A DNA stretch of 64,000 nucleotides from a bacterium (GTDB lineage: Bacteria > Patescibacteriota > Minisyncoccia > UBA6257 > GWB1-50-10). A program made the position numbers and the translations under genes. How positions within the stretch are numbered: position 1 is the first letter of the stretch; the number at the start of each line of letters is the position of its first letter. Shown here piece by piece: positions 29,417 through 39,052 of the stretch. The notes under the pieces were generated by a model. The model was not told where the DNA came from. It did no database searches and worked only from the letters and a program-made list of their open reading frames with translations. The stretch is from NCBI GenBank assembly GCA_002686365.1, contig NZBZ01000001.1, positions 58,405 through 122,404 on the forward strand. The letters run 5' to 3'.

Positions 29417-30565
29417 TCAGACAGTCTTGTTGAATTCGTGATCAGGAGATGCTGTCAGACGGAGGCTTGCTCTCAACCTCCTTTTTGGGTCTGCCTCTCT
29501 CCAGCTTCGTATCGCTCTCTCCGCTGCCTGCAGGGCTTTGCCGAACGTGTTCTCTGTGAGCTCGAGGTTGATGGTCACAGTGACGTTCGCCGTACCAGGC
29601 TCTGTGTAGCCAACTTCGACTACGAGCTCGCTGCCTACATTGGCAAGCTCAGAGACGCTCAAGATCGAATCTCTGAGCAGATCCTTCAATGTCCTAATTG
29701 CCCTGTCGAACGCTGCCACGCGTTCTGTTGTGGCTGTTGCGACTTGGAAGGCGAGTGTGGAGCGCCCCGCAAGCGGACTCGTGATTCGAAGCCCTTGAGC
29801 GAACTCGTGGACAGATTGGTTTCTCGCCCAGGCGATCGCGAGGATGCACGCGATCTCCTCGTTGTCTTTGTCGCACTTTTCTTGATCCGCGATGATCTGG
29901 TGGTGTTCAGCGAGGCGCGGGACAGGAAATCCTTGCCTGGTCGCAGTTCGTATTGCGCCCAGCCAAACCGAGCGGTCGAGTCCTTGTAGCGTGGGAAAGC
30001 TCAGAATGTGGTCGAAGAAGATCCCGACGGCCTCTTCACCATCTTCGGTGTTGCGCCAACGCTCGGTTACGAGCTCGAGAAGTCGCGTTCTTGTCTTGGG
30101 GAGCGCCACGACTCTCGTTGTTCGGTTTGGTCGTTCTGAGTCAGAACATCCGCTCTCTGAGGCTTGTTGGATCGCAACCTCCCTGGTTCCAGGAGCGTCA
30201 AAGAGGAGTTGGAGGAGGTATCTTGTGAGAGGCTCCCACGCGATGTCCTCTGCCGTCTCCGTTGCTTCGTTGTCCAGACGGAAGGGCGTTCCTTCTCCGC
30301 GGAAGGGCATTTCTCCGTCTTCCTCGCGTAGATGAGGGTAGATGGCCCTCTCTAGAGAAGCCTGGATGAACCATTCGAGGAGTTGGAGGGCGTCGGCATC
30401 TTTTGCCTCACGAATGGTCTCGCGGAGCAGTTCGAGGAGCTCTTTTTTCCTGTCGTCTGGGCGGATTCTTTGGAGCCACGCGTGTGAGACCAATCCGCCT
30501 TCTTTTCGCACTCGATCCAGAAATAGGACGTAGGGCGTACCTTCGGGCCTACCTTCGCTCGACAT
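29417..30565 (-). CDS. hypothetical protein (GC-rich island 5)
   Basis: 382-aa ORF, GC-rich, no recognised family. A nested perfect palindrome lies upstream at 30698-30756. Confidence 0.35.
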   Translation of the reverse strand: MSSEGRPEGTPYVLFLDRVRKEGGLVSHAWLQRIRPDDRKKELLELLRETIREAKDADALQLLEWFIQASLERAIYPHLREEDGEMPFRGEGTPFRLDNEATETAEDIAWEPLTRYLLQLLFDAPGTREVAIQQASESGCSDSERPNRTTRVVALPKTRTRLLELVTERWRNTEDGEEAVGIFFDHILSFPTLQGLDRSVWLGAIRTATRQGFPVPRLAEHHQIIADQEKCDKDNEEIACILAIAWARNQSVHEFAQGLRITSPLAGRSTLAFQVATATTERVAAFDRAIRTLKDLLRDSILSVSELANVGSELVVEVGYTEPGTANVTVTINLELTENTFGKALQAAERAIRSWREADPKRRLRASLRLTASPDHEFNKTV

Positions 30566-30697
30566 GACGTATTCCCTTCCGGCCGCAGCCGAAAATGCTT
30601 CTTTCCGCAGAAAGAAGTTCCAGAACTACATGTCCGCAAACATGCTCTGGGGGGTTGTGTAGGGGTTTTCACCCCGGCTTTTGCTGGGGTTAATGTA

Positions 30698-30756
30698 CGT
30701 GTTTTTTTGTTTTTTGTCCATAGGACAATTCTATGGAATTGTCCTAAAAAAACACG
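30698..30756. promoter_or_regulatory. nested perfect palindrome upstream of island-5 gene
   Basis: CGTGTTTTTTT...GGACAATTC-tatg-GAATTGTCC...AAAAAAACACG. Confidence 0.35.
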
Positions 30757-30778
30757 CCTCGGGAATGCCGCGGCGTGG

Positions 30779-31357
30779 TTACGTGTTCCGCATTCTTATC
30801 ATCAGGGTAAGAATGCTGTGCAGGATTGTGTGGCTTACTGGGTAGACGTATTCTTGCCACGGATCTTGTCCGCGCAATCTGACTACTGCAATGTTCAAAA
30901 GGTGTGACAGGGTCCAAATCGCCCATGGGCCCTGTTTCTCCTGAATAGATTCTCTCCACACACCTTTGTATGTTGGGAGAAATGCAATGGTCCTGCAGCC
31001 TATCATTATGAAGTTTGCGTATGCTGCGCTCTTGTATCTTGCCCATACATATATAGCAAGAGCGCTTATTATGATTACTGCCCAGTCTTGCCAGTTTATT
31101 CTTGCGATTCTTCCCTTGCGGAGTGCAACCAGAAAGATAATGAGGGTTTGAATTGCGCCCAGTATGGATGGGACACTTTTTGCTACATCCCTTGTGAGCA
31201 CGAAGTAACTTACTCCGATTATCCATGTTGCCACAACCCAGACCATCCAGGTTGCGGGATTTAGATCAACAGACCCTTTTCTTATGTTCCTTATATAGAG
31301 AAGGAATCCCAAGAGAGCTGCTGTTCCAGTAGCCACTGATAGCACTATAGCTGCCAC
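30779..31357 (-). CDS. polytopic membrane protein, unknown function
   Basis: About 6 hydrophobic segments and AT-rich backbone composition. Confidence 0.45.
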   Translation of the reverse strand: MAAIVLSVATGTAALLGFLLYIRNIRKGSVDLNPATWMVWVVATWIIGVSYFVLTRDVAKSVPSILGAIQTLIIFLVALRKGRIARINWQDWAVIIISALAIYVWARYKSAAYANFIMIGCRTIAFLPTYKGVWRESIQEKQGPWAIWTLSHLLNIAVVRLRGQDPWQEYVYPVSHTILHSILTLMIRMRNT

Positions 31358-31453
31358 TTTTCTTCTCCCTTCCTGTCTTGAAATGAGCTAGGGTGAGTGT
31401 GTTTCTATAATAGGTAAAAATATGCAGTGTGCAAGTTTATTTGCAAAATTGCT

Positions 31454-31487
31454 TTGACATTGTACAATTTTATGGTGGTAATTATTT
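31454..31487 (+). promoter_or_regulatory. sigma-70-like promoter for tRNA-Ile/tRNA-Ala
   Basis: Perfect TTGACA at 31454-31459, a spacer of about 17-18 nt, then a TGGTAAT/TAATTA -10-like element. The tRNA starts a few nt downstream. Confidence 0.5.
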
Positions 31488-31488
31488 G

Positions 31489-31560
31489 GGGCACATAGTT
31501 CAGTGGTAGAACGCTATCCTGATAAGATAGAGGTCCCAGGTTCGATCCCTGGTGTGCCCA
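31489..31560 (+). tRNA. tRNA-Ile (anticodon GAT)
   Basis: Acceptor GGGCACA/TGTGCCC, anticodon loop CTGATAA, T-arm CCAGGTTCGATCCCTGG. Confidence 0.85.
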
Positions 31561-31564
31561 CAGG

Positions 31565-31641
31565 GGGCCTGTAGCTCAGTTGGCTAGAGCGCCTCGTTTG
31601 CAACGAGGAGGTCGTCGGTTCGATTCCGATCAGGTCCACCA
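31565..31641 (+). tRNA. tRNA-Ala (anticodon TGC), CCA encoded
   Basis: Acceptor GGGCCTG with a G3-U70 pair, the Ala identity element. Anticodon loop TTTGCAA, T-arm GTCGGTTCGATTCCGAT, then ACCA. Confidence 0.85.
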
Positions 31642-31643
31642 GT

Positions 31644-31679
31644 AAATTCAAAAGCACCAATTTTGGTGCTTTTGAATTT
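31644..31679 (+). terminator. strong bidirectional intrinsic terminator after tRNA-Ala
   Basis: Perfect 17-bp stem AAATTCAAAAGCACCAA/TTGGTGCTTTTGAATTT. Confidence 0.7.
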
Positions 31680-31687
31680 ATTTATAT

Positions 31688-31836
31688 GGTTTTGATGGAA
31701 TCGAAGAAGAAAGGGGTCGGGAAAACATCTGTTTTACCGTGGCGGAAAAGCCCCGCCAAGGCGGGGCGGATTAAAACCGAGGGGTTTTAACGAGCGAATG
31801 AAATGAGCGACGTGAGATTCCATCAGGTCCACAAAA
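31688..31836 (+). ncRNA. candidate structured small RNA (unknown family; strand uncertain)
   Basis: A closing helix GATGGAATC...GATTCCATC encloses at least three local hairpins: AAAACA-TC-TGTTTT, CCCCGCC-AA-GGCGGGG and TTAAAACC-GAGG-GGTTTTAA. It is flanked by terminators at 31644-31679 and 31839-31866. Confidence 0.3.
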
Positions 31837-31838
31837 AA

Positions 31839-31866
31839 TAAAACAGCCGAACAATGCGGCTGTTTT
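31839..31866. terminator. bidirectional intrinsic terminator
   Basis: AAAACAGCCG-aacaat-GCGGCTGTTTT. Confidence 0.65.
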
Positions 31867-31872
31867 ATTATG

Positions 31873-32100
31873 TTATTTAATTAGATTGAGGTCTCTGAAC
31901 CCCTCAATGTTAAATGTTACTGGAACTTCTGTTTTTTCTTCCCTGCCAAAAGCAGTGTCTAGCTGGTTAAAAATAAAGATGAGATGGTATGAGATAAATA
32001 CTATTGTTAGAACAAGAAGGATTATTGCGAGCAGAAAAAAGAACGTTCTTGTGGCAATAAGAGAGCGCATGGCTGGGATTTTTATGTGAAGTTTTTTCAT
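31873..32100 (-). CDS. small single-TM membrane protein
   Basis: 75 aa with a hydrophobic core. Weak evidence. Confidence 0.35.
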   Translation of the reverse strand: MKKLHIKIPAMRSLIATRTFFFLLAIILLVLTIVFISYHLIFIFNQLDTAFGREEKTEVPVTFNIEGFRDLNLIK

Positions 32101-32108
32101 TGCGCTGC

Positions 32109-32639
32109 TTATCCTCTAAAAAATATCTGTCCGCGAATACTTGCTTTTGATTCTTGATTTCCTTTCGAAACAGAGAAGCTTTCCAACTTTGTAAGAAAGC
32201 GAAACTCCTGAAGCTTTTTTATAAAGTTTAAGATGTTTGTTTCTGATTTGGCAGAAATGTTTGCTGAGAATCGTACAAAACCAAGGGTTTGGGCAGATGC
32301 CGGACCCTCTCCTACAAATGAAGAGCTAAATTCTGCCAATCCTTCTGAATCTGCGAGTGCCTGTAGTTCTCTTGAAAAGTTGATGAGCTCATCTTTTTTC
32401 GGAATGAAATTGTATAATACGTTAAGGTAGTCTTTACCGAATTCTTCTTCGACTCTTTTTAGCTCTGCAAGTCTTTGGATTGCGCTTGATCTTGTTTCCA
32501 GCTCTTTTCTTGACTCGCTTAGTTTACCGCTAAACTCTTCAAGATTAGCTCTGAAAAATATAATCCCTGCCCCCAATAATATAAGAAGGACAAAAGCAAT
32601 TGAGAGGTCTATGAGAATTTTTTTTGTAAAGCGGGACAT
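32109..32639 (-). CDS. membrane-anchored hypothetical protein
   Basis: N-terminal TM followed by a coiled-coil-like region. May pair with the downstream small membrane ORF. Confidence 0.4.
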   Translation of the reverse strand: MSRFTKKILIDLSIAFVLLILLGAGIIFFRANLEEFSGKLSESRKELETRSSAIQRLAELKRVEEEFGKDYLNVLYNFIPKKDELINFSRELQALADSEGLAEFSSSFVGEGPASAQTLGFVRFSANISAKSETNILNFIKKLQEFRFLTKLESFSVSKGNQESKASIRGQIFFRG

Positions 32640-32686
32640 AGGATTTAGGACGCGGACTTATTTATTTGTTATTATAGCAGAAGTAT

Positions 32687-33592
32687 ATGAGTGAAACTAT
32701 TGAATCTATACTGCTTGAGGACGAAAAGTTTCCTTTTCTACTGAAGGAAATTCCAGATCCTCCAAAGCGTTTGTACTACAAGGGCAGTCTTCCCTTTGAT
32801 GCGCCTGGGGTTGGGATTGTTGGGACGCGGAAAGTTTCTCCTCAGGGTCGTGCGCTTGCGCGAAGTGTTGCGGAAGAATTATCCCGAGGGGGATTTTTTA
32901 TTATGAGCGGACTTGCTCTTGGAGTTGATGGAGCAGCTCATGAGGGAGCTCTTTTAGGAGGCTGCGGTACGCTTGCGATTTTAGCTAATGGATTAAATTC
33001 TGTATATCCCAGACAGCATGAAGGACTGGCTCGTAAAATTCTTGATAAAGGAGGGGCGCTTGTTTCTGAATATGATTTGGACTCCCCTCCTTATCCAAAC
33101 CAGTTTTTGGAGAGAAACCGAATTATTAGCGGACTTTCTATTGCCACAGTATTTATTGAGGTGCCGATTCGGTCTGGAGCGCTTGTTACTGCGCGTCATG
33201 CCTTGTCGCAGGGGCGGGAGGTCTTGGTCTTTCCCGGGCCGTATCAGGATAAAAATTTTGAAGGTTCGCACATGCTTTTGCGGAATGGAGCGCGAATTGT
33301 AACGAGCGCAAAAGAAATTCTGGAGGATGTGACTTCCCTCTTATCAAACTATCCCAAATTGAATTATAAGGGCGGTACTTCTTCTAACACTGCCCTCTCT
33401 TTGGATGAGTTGAAAGACGAGAATCAGAGAAAGGTGTATACTGTGCTTTGTAAATCTCAAAAACCGCTTACAGTTGACAATATTTTAAAGATAACTAAAC
33501 TTGAACCTCAAATTGCTAATCAGACATTAACTTTTCTTCTCTTGTCAGGGTTTATTGAGGAGAGCGAAGGCACATTTAATGCCAAGAGCTAA
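32687..33592 (+). CDS. dprA: DNA processing protein DprA
   Basis: GIVGTRKVSPQGRALA...GLALGVDGAAH, a Rossmann-like DprA core, plus a C-terminal wHTH-like tail. Confidence 0.85.
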   Translation: MSETIESILLEDEKFPFLLKEIPDPPKRLYYKGSLPFDAPGVGIVGTRKVSPQGRALARSVAEELSRGGFFIMSGLALGVDGAAHEGALLGGCGTLAILANGLNSVYPRQHEGLARKILDKGGALVSEYDLDSPPYPNQFLERNRIISGLSIATVFIEVPIRSGALVTARHALSQGREVLVFPGPYQDKNFEGSHMLLRNGARIVTSAKEILEDVTSLLSNYPKLNYKGGTSSNTALSLDELKDENQRKVYTVLCKSQKPLTVDNILKITKLEPQIANQTLTFLLLSGFIEESEGTFNAKS

Positions 33593-35630
33593 AACAACAA
33601 CAAAGAAAAAAGCGTCCGCAAAGACGCTTGTTATTGTTGAGTCCCCTACAAAGGCAAAGACTATTGGGAAGTTTTTGGGGAGCAAATACGCGGTAGAGTC
33701 ATCATATGGCCATATTAGAGATCTGCCTAAGTCAAAGCTTGGAATTGATGTTGAGGAGGGTACGTATGAGCCGCAGTATGTGATTCCTACTAAGGTGCGG
33801 AAGAAGGTTACTGCCCTGAAGAAGGTGGCAAAGAATATGGAGACTGTGATTCTTGCCACTGATGAAGACCGAGAGGGAGAGGCCATTGCTTGGCACTTAG
33901 TTCATGCTCTTGAGTTAGATGCAGATGGAGCTCCAGAGACAAAGAGAATAGTATTTCATGAAATTACCAAGGGGGCGATTGCAGAAGCAATTGAAAACCC
34001 GCGAGAGATTGATGCGCGTCTTGTTGATGCTCAGCAGGCACGGAGAGTTCTTGACCGCTTGGTTGGGTATAAGCTTTCTCCTTTTTTGTGGAAGAAAATG
34101 TTTCGTGGGCTTTCTGCTGGCCGTGTACAGTCTGTTGCCTTGCGGCTCATTGTGGATCGAGAGGATGAACGAAATGCATTTAAGCCTCAAGAGTATTGGA
34201 GCATTAACGCCTTGCTTCAAAAGCAGGGTGATGGCGATGCATTTCTTACTTCTCTTTATAAAATTGGTGATACCCGAGTTGGGAAGCTGGATATAAATAC
34301 AAAGAAATCCTCTGAAAAAATTAAGAAAGACTTGGGAAAAGCATCTTATTCTGTTCTTTCAGTTAAAAAGACACAGAGAAGACGGAATCCTCTTCCTCCA
34401 TTTACAACAAGTACTTTACAACAGGAGGCATCAAAACGGCTTGGAATGAGCGCGCGGCAGACTATGCAGATTGCCCAAGGCCTGTACGAAAAGGGACATA
34501 TAACATACATGAGAACTGATTCTGTGAACTTGTCGCAGGAGTCTTTAGTTTCTGCGCGAGAATGGATTATCTCTTCATTTGGCGGAGAGTATGTTTTAGA
34601 GGCTCCACGAGTTTTTCGCGGAAAGTCTCGACTTGCTCAAGAAGCGCATGAGGCGATTCGCCCTACTACTCCTACCTTTGCTCCAAAAGAATTTGGCGGA
34701 GAGCTAGGAAAGTTAGATTCACGGACAGTAAAGCTTTACGGACTTATCTGGAGACGGTTTATTGCCTCGCAGCTGCCTCCTGCTGTCTTTGACGCAACAA
34801 GCATTGAAGTGTCTGCGTCTGGGACAGATTCATACATACTTCGGGCAAATGGAACTATTTTGCGTTTTGATGGATTTTTGAAAGTTTGGGAGTCAAAGAT
34901 TTCTGAAAATGAACTGCCGGAACTTTCAAAAGATGATAGCTTGGAACTTCAAAAAATTGAGACAGAACAGCATTTTACTGAGCCACCTCCTAGATACAAT
35001 GAAGCGAGCTTGGTAAAGACGCTTGAGGAGAATGGAATTGGACGGCCATCAACATATGCTCCGACTATTTCCGTGATTCAGGGACGTAATTATATTGAAA
35101 AGGATGAGAGTCGAAGATTTTGCCCTACTGAAGTTGGAACGCTTGTGAGTAATCTTTTGAAAGAGCATTTCCCAAAGATTGTGGATACTGGATTTACTGC
35201 AGAGATGGAGGAGGATTTGGATGAAATTGCAGAAGGAAAACGAGAGTGGCATGAACTTATTAAAGTTTTCTATGTTCCATTTGAAAAGCAGCTGGAGCAG
35301 AAGTATGAGGAGGTGAAGAAGATAACTAAAGATATGGAGGAGGAGACTGATGAGAAGTGTGAGAAGTGTGAGAAGCCTATGGTTATAAAGATGGGGCGGT
35401 TTGGAAAGTTTTTGGCCTGTTCAGGTTTTCCTGACTGCAAGAATGCGAAGAAGCTTGTAACAGAGGAAAATTCTTTTGGTGATTGCCTTGATTGTGAGGA
35501 GGGCAAGGTTATTTCATGCAGGACCAAGAATAGACGCTTGTTTTACGGCTGCTCTAAATACCCTGATTGTAAGTATGCAACGTGGAAAAAGCCTGGGAGC
35601 GAAAAGGATGAGGACGAGGACTCAGAATAA
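33555..35630 (+). CDS. topA: DNA topoisomerase I
   Basis: TOPRIM LVIVESPTKAKTI...GHIRDL, a Topo IA core, and C-terminal Cys4 zinc ribbons. Paired with dprA. Confidence 0.95.
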   Translation: MRRAKAHLMPRAKTTTKKKASAKTLVIVESPTKAKTIGKFLGSKYAVESSYGHIRDLPKSKLGIDVEEGTYEPQYVIPTKVRKKVTALKKVAKNMETVILATDEDREGEAIAWHLVHALELDADGAPETKRIVFHEITKGAIAEAIENPREIDARLVDAQQARRVLDRLVGYKLSPFLWKKMFRGLSAGRVQSVALRLIVDREDERNAFKPQEYWSINALLQKQGDGDAFLTSLYKIGDTRVGKLDINTKKSSEKIKKDLGKASYSVLSVKKTQRRRNPLPPFTTSTLQQEASKRLGMSARQTMQIAQGLYEKGHITYMRTDSVNLSQESLVSAREWIISSFGGEYVLEAPRVFRGKSRLAQEAHEAIRPTTPTFAPKEFGGELGKLDSRTVKLYGLIWRRFIASQLPPAVFDATSIEVSASGTDSYILRANGTILRFDGFLKVWESKISENELPELSKDDSLELQKIETEQHFTEPPPRYNEASLVKTLEENGIGRPSTYAPTISVIQGRNYIEKDESRRFCPTEVGTLVSNLLKEHFPKIVDTGFTAEMEEDLDEIAEGKREWHELIKVFYVPFEKQLEQKYEEVKKITKDMEEETDEKCEKCEKPMVIKMGRFGKFLACSGFPDCKNAKKLVTEENSFGDCLDCEEGKVISCRTKNRRLFYGCSKYPDCKYATWKKPGSEKDEDEDSE

Positions 35631-35683
35631 ATCAGTCTAAGTTTTTGAGGTTCGGTTTCAAAAAATATTATTTGAATAATGTG

Positions 35684-35733
35684 TATTTATGTACACTTCA
35701 CTGACGATCGTCACCTAAGTGTACATATAATTA
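35684..35733. repeat. TGTACAC palindromic repeat, copy B
   Basis: ATTTATGTACACTT-cactgacgatcgtcacct-AAGTGTACATATAATT. The inner spacer is itself palindromic (TGACGATCGTCA). Confidence 0.5.
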
Positions 35734-36117
35734 ATGATCTTGGCCTCTCTTTTTTGCTTATTGACGAGCTTTAAGGATTTGGTAGGATGGAGTTAGTAAG
35801 ATGCGATCATGGTCTCTTTTTCGTTTCCTCCTAGGGGCTGTGGCTTGTCTGGCGAGAAGTCTGTGGGGTCTTTTTCGTCAGGCTTGTTGTCTTAATATAT
35901 CTCTCCTTAAGATCTTCTAGGTAGCTAAGGCTGCCAAAGAGAAGGCCTGATGGAACACAGTCTGTCTCCATAATACTACTAGTCCTGAGCTCTATAGGAG
36001 CGACGAAGGATGATTGAGTATTTTCCTATCAGGTCTTTTGCAATCCATATATGCGACTCGAGAGGCGTTTTTCATACAGGCGCCTCGTTTTTTTATCAAA
36101 ATTTCCAGTTTCAATAT

Positions 36118-36150
36118 ATCGAAATATCGAGATATCGAGGTCATATTTTG
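36118..36150. repeat. tandem ATATCGAN octamers (x3), left side of island 6
   Basis: ATATCGAA ATATCGAG ATATCGAG. Confidence 0.45.
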
Positions 36151-37034
36151 ATATGTAGGCTTATGATTGTCCACAGGCATGGTTGGTTATTTGCCTGAGT
36201 TTGCTATGCTTATTTTCAGTGGCGCTTAAGGATTGCCTTGAGTTGCCCTAGTCTTTCTTCTAATTGCGGTCGTCTTTGCAGAAAGAGCCGTAAAGAAGAA
36301 CGAGCCTTGGCTCGAACAGCTATGCCTAGGGACACAGAGTCTTACCTGGGATAGTGTGTTAGACACGGACAATCAGGATAGGCTGGTTTCCAGGAAGGGC
36401 GTCCTTCCTGCACTCTGTTCATAAGGAGTACGGACATGCCGCGCGGAATGTGTTTCAAGACGTGGCGATTCTTGCGTATGTCCGACGCGGGCTGCGCGAC
36501 GGACGTGATCCCCGATCAGCGGGCAGCGCTCACGACGACGGCGATGGTGCGTCAGCGCATGGCCACCGACGAAGCGCTCTTCACGCAGGCAGCTTGGGGG
36601 CTCAGGTAGCCGGTCTCTCATCGGGTCCTACCCTCGTCTACGTGAATGCGCGTAGCACTTCTGTACCACAGTTGTGAACTTCTTTGCTCGCCCACGACAA
36701 GTGAACGCTAAGGCCTGACTGTGGGTTTGCCGCATAGAGCAAGAAGATTGCCTATACAACGGCCGCACGAGACTGAGTAAGTTTGTCCTGAGATAAGGAC
36801 TACGAAATATAGGGAGCCTCTTTGTGTACAGGGCTCCCCTCTTTTTTTATAATGCCTGGAAGGGCGTTTTTTGTTGATAATGTGTCAAGCGCTTAATGCG
36901 TTAAGTGCTTGATCTTCATGAAATTATCTTCGTTTCACTCAGTATTTCATGGAATGTAACACTTTTTGGTTTTTTACGTTATTTCTTGACTGATTTGCAT
37001 ATTTTTTCCTTTTTTATGTATTTGTATATATGTA

Positions 37035-37078
37035 ATTTATGTACACTCTCGATGCGACCGCATCAGGAGTGTACATAG
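37035..37078. repeat. TGTACAC palindromic repeat, copy C
   Basis: ATTTATGTACACTC-tcgatgcgaccgcatcag-GAGTGTACATAGG. It shares the inner ATGCGACCGCATCA with copy A. Confidence 0.5.
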
Positions 37079-37911
37079 GTTGCAATCTTAATATATTTAT
37101 ATATTTTGATATATTTTGGCACTAATTAGGGTTTTCCACAGAAAATTTGTGTTCTTTGTTTTTTTTGTATATGCTTGTACTCGGCGCTGTGTAGCACGTT
37201 TGCCACAAGGCTGTAAAAAGCCTGTGACAGCGCGTGTTATCCGGAATAACATGGTTGACAGAGAAGGTGCTTCTCGGAGCAGTCTTCTTTCGTCGAATAA
37301 GGAGAACGCATAACCTATGCGTGGCTGCGTCTCCTGAACGTAACGATCCCGTGAGTAAGCCCGTGCTTTGCCTTTTGTGCCAGTGGACTCAATAGGTGGT
37401 GACTACTACCTAAAGTCCTAATCAGAGTTGATAGGGGCACAGCATAAAGAGAAAAGCGCTATCGGGCATAAAACCGGGATGGGAAAGCTCGTAAGACTTC
37501 CCGAAACGGGGAACAACATCGCTATTCGCGTGTGGGGGCCGGAACCTAGTTCTTGCCCTCACAAAACGCTTTATATAAACACTTTAGGTGTTTTTTTGTT
37601 TTTTAGGCGTTAAATGCGTCAATGTGTCAAATTTTAGTGTTATTACTTTTGGACGACCGTAAAAGTGATGACATTAAAATGGAAAGATAAGAAAAAATCA
37701 TGAATTACAATTTTGTGGTGGTTATCCACACGTTCTTGAGATTTTGAGTGAGTATTGTATGGTTTTTACAGGTTCCAGCCATAGGTTCTCCCACCAAGGA
37801 GTTCCCTAATGGTGAGGGAACGTTCAAGCTAGGGAGGATTTTCGAGACTGGATTCACTTGTCTCGTTTCGAGACCAAGAGAGCTCTCAGCTCCTGAATAG
37901 GAGTTCTGGAC

Positions 37912-38895
37912 ATGACTTTCCAAACAGACCGTCCTCCGACGCAGACGTTTGACCATCGCCGCAAGTTCCGCAAGTTCCGCCGAGTGGCACCCTTCCTCGT
38001 CGCGATCGCAGCCGCAGTAGCGCTCGGCGTCCCGATGATGACGACGGACGCGTTGACCGACAGTCAACAGGCGACGGTAGCCCTGACCGCGGACCAAATC
38101 GGTGCGACGCTCAACGACGTGGCGACCCCGCGCGACACCGCGCAGATGTGCGTTTTCGCCGCGGGGACCGATGCGACTGACGCGAGCCCGGCCATAGTGC
38201 AAACGCTGACGGCCGAGCAGACTCGCCGAACCATGGACCTTGATGCGGTTGCCGACGCGACGCGCGGATCGCCCGAGACCGGCTCTTCGACGATGACCGT
38301 AGCCATGGTCACGCGGAGTACCTTCCCCGAGATGACGGATGGTGCACCCGCCGCTGTGGGCACGGTCGCTCTCGTTGACGAATCGGCCTCAGCTGAAACC
38401 ACCACTTCGGCATTCGTCGTGGAAATCGCGCAGTGTGCTGCCGGAATTGTCGAATCGACGACGGCGCGCGCAGAATCAACCCAGGAGATCACCGTTCAGG
38501 GCGTCTACTCAGAGCAGCACGGCATCGTCACGATGACCACGCAAATCGCCGTCCAGCCCGCTGAGCAGGCCGAGGTCGTCGAGACGTCAGCCGAAGTCGT
38601 TGGTACCATCGTCGCGATGACCATGGAGACCGCCGGTCAGAGCGCCGAACGTCAAGTCGAGATCGCGGCTATCACCGCTCAACATGGCATCGAGCAGATG
38701 GCGGCCGCGGAGTTCCCGGGACAGTACTGTGGTGAAGCAATCGCGATGGCGGCAGACAGCGGCCAGTGCGATGTACAGCGGATCGAGGCGGACGCGTTCT
38801 CACGGCACCCCCAAGTGGCGCTCGCAGTCACGCAGCACCGAAGCGCGGCGGTTGCGACGATGGCGGCGTCGGTCGACGCTCATCCGCGGGCCTGA
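37912..38895 (+). CDS. hypothetical Ala/Thr/Glu-rich secreted or membrane-anchored protein (GC-rich island 6)
   Basis: A basic N-terminus then a hydrophobic segment (FLVAIAAAVALGV). The rest is low-complexity and acidic. GC is about 62%. Confidence 0.35.
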   Translation: MTFQTDRPPTQTFDHRRKFRKFRRVAPFLVAIAAAVALGVPMMTTDALTDSQQATVALTADQIGATLNDVATPRDTAQMCVFAAGTDATDASPAIVQTLTAEQTRRTMDLDAVADATRGSPETGSSTMTVAMVTRSTFPEMTDGAPAAVGTVALVDESASAETTTSAFVVEIAQCAAGIVESTTARAESTQEITVQGVYSEQHGIVTMTTQIAVQPAEQAEVVETSAEVVGTIVAMTMETAGQSAERQVEIAAITAQHGIEQMAAAEFPGQYCGEAIAMAADSGQCDVQRIEADAFSRHPQVALAVTQHRSAAVATMAASVDAHPRA

Positions 38896-39021
38896 TCCTC
38901 GAGAGACCAGGCAGGATCCTCCACATTGGCTCTTCGGAGTCATCACACCAAGGTCTTCCTACAGACCACACGAGGCGACTACATGTTGCCTCTCTTTTTT
39001 TATATGCGCGCAAGCGCTTTT

Positions 39022-39052
39022 TTATTTCGAGATATCGAGATTTCGATATTTT
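39022..39052. repeat. tandem TCGAGATN octamers (x3), right side of island 6
   Basis: TTCGAGATATCGAGATTTCGATAT, the same motif family as at 36118. Confidence 0.45.

Noticed and set aside
31489-31641. tRNA-Ile/tRNA-Ala pair interpreted as an rRNA operon spacer
   Set aside because: No 16S or 23S sequence flanks them. They have their own promoter and terminator.
35684-37078. TGTACAC palindromic repeats as chromosome dif sites
   Set aside because: dif is a single 28-bp site (11-6-11) with a TTATGTTAAAT-type XerD arm. These are three copies with 13-bp arms and a 17-19-bp spacer.
37380-37580. Possible c-di-AMP (ydaO-like) or cobalamin riboswitch because of CTCGTAAG, CCCGAAAC, GGGGAAC and GCCAGTGG strings
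   Set aside because: The conserved blocks are not in the order or spacing of either family and no downstream regulated gene is present. Left only as part of the generic ORF-poor region finding.
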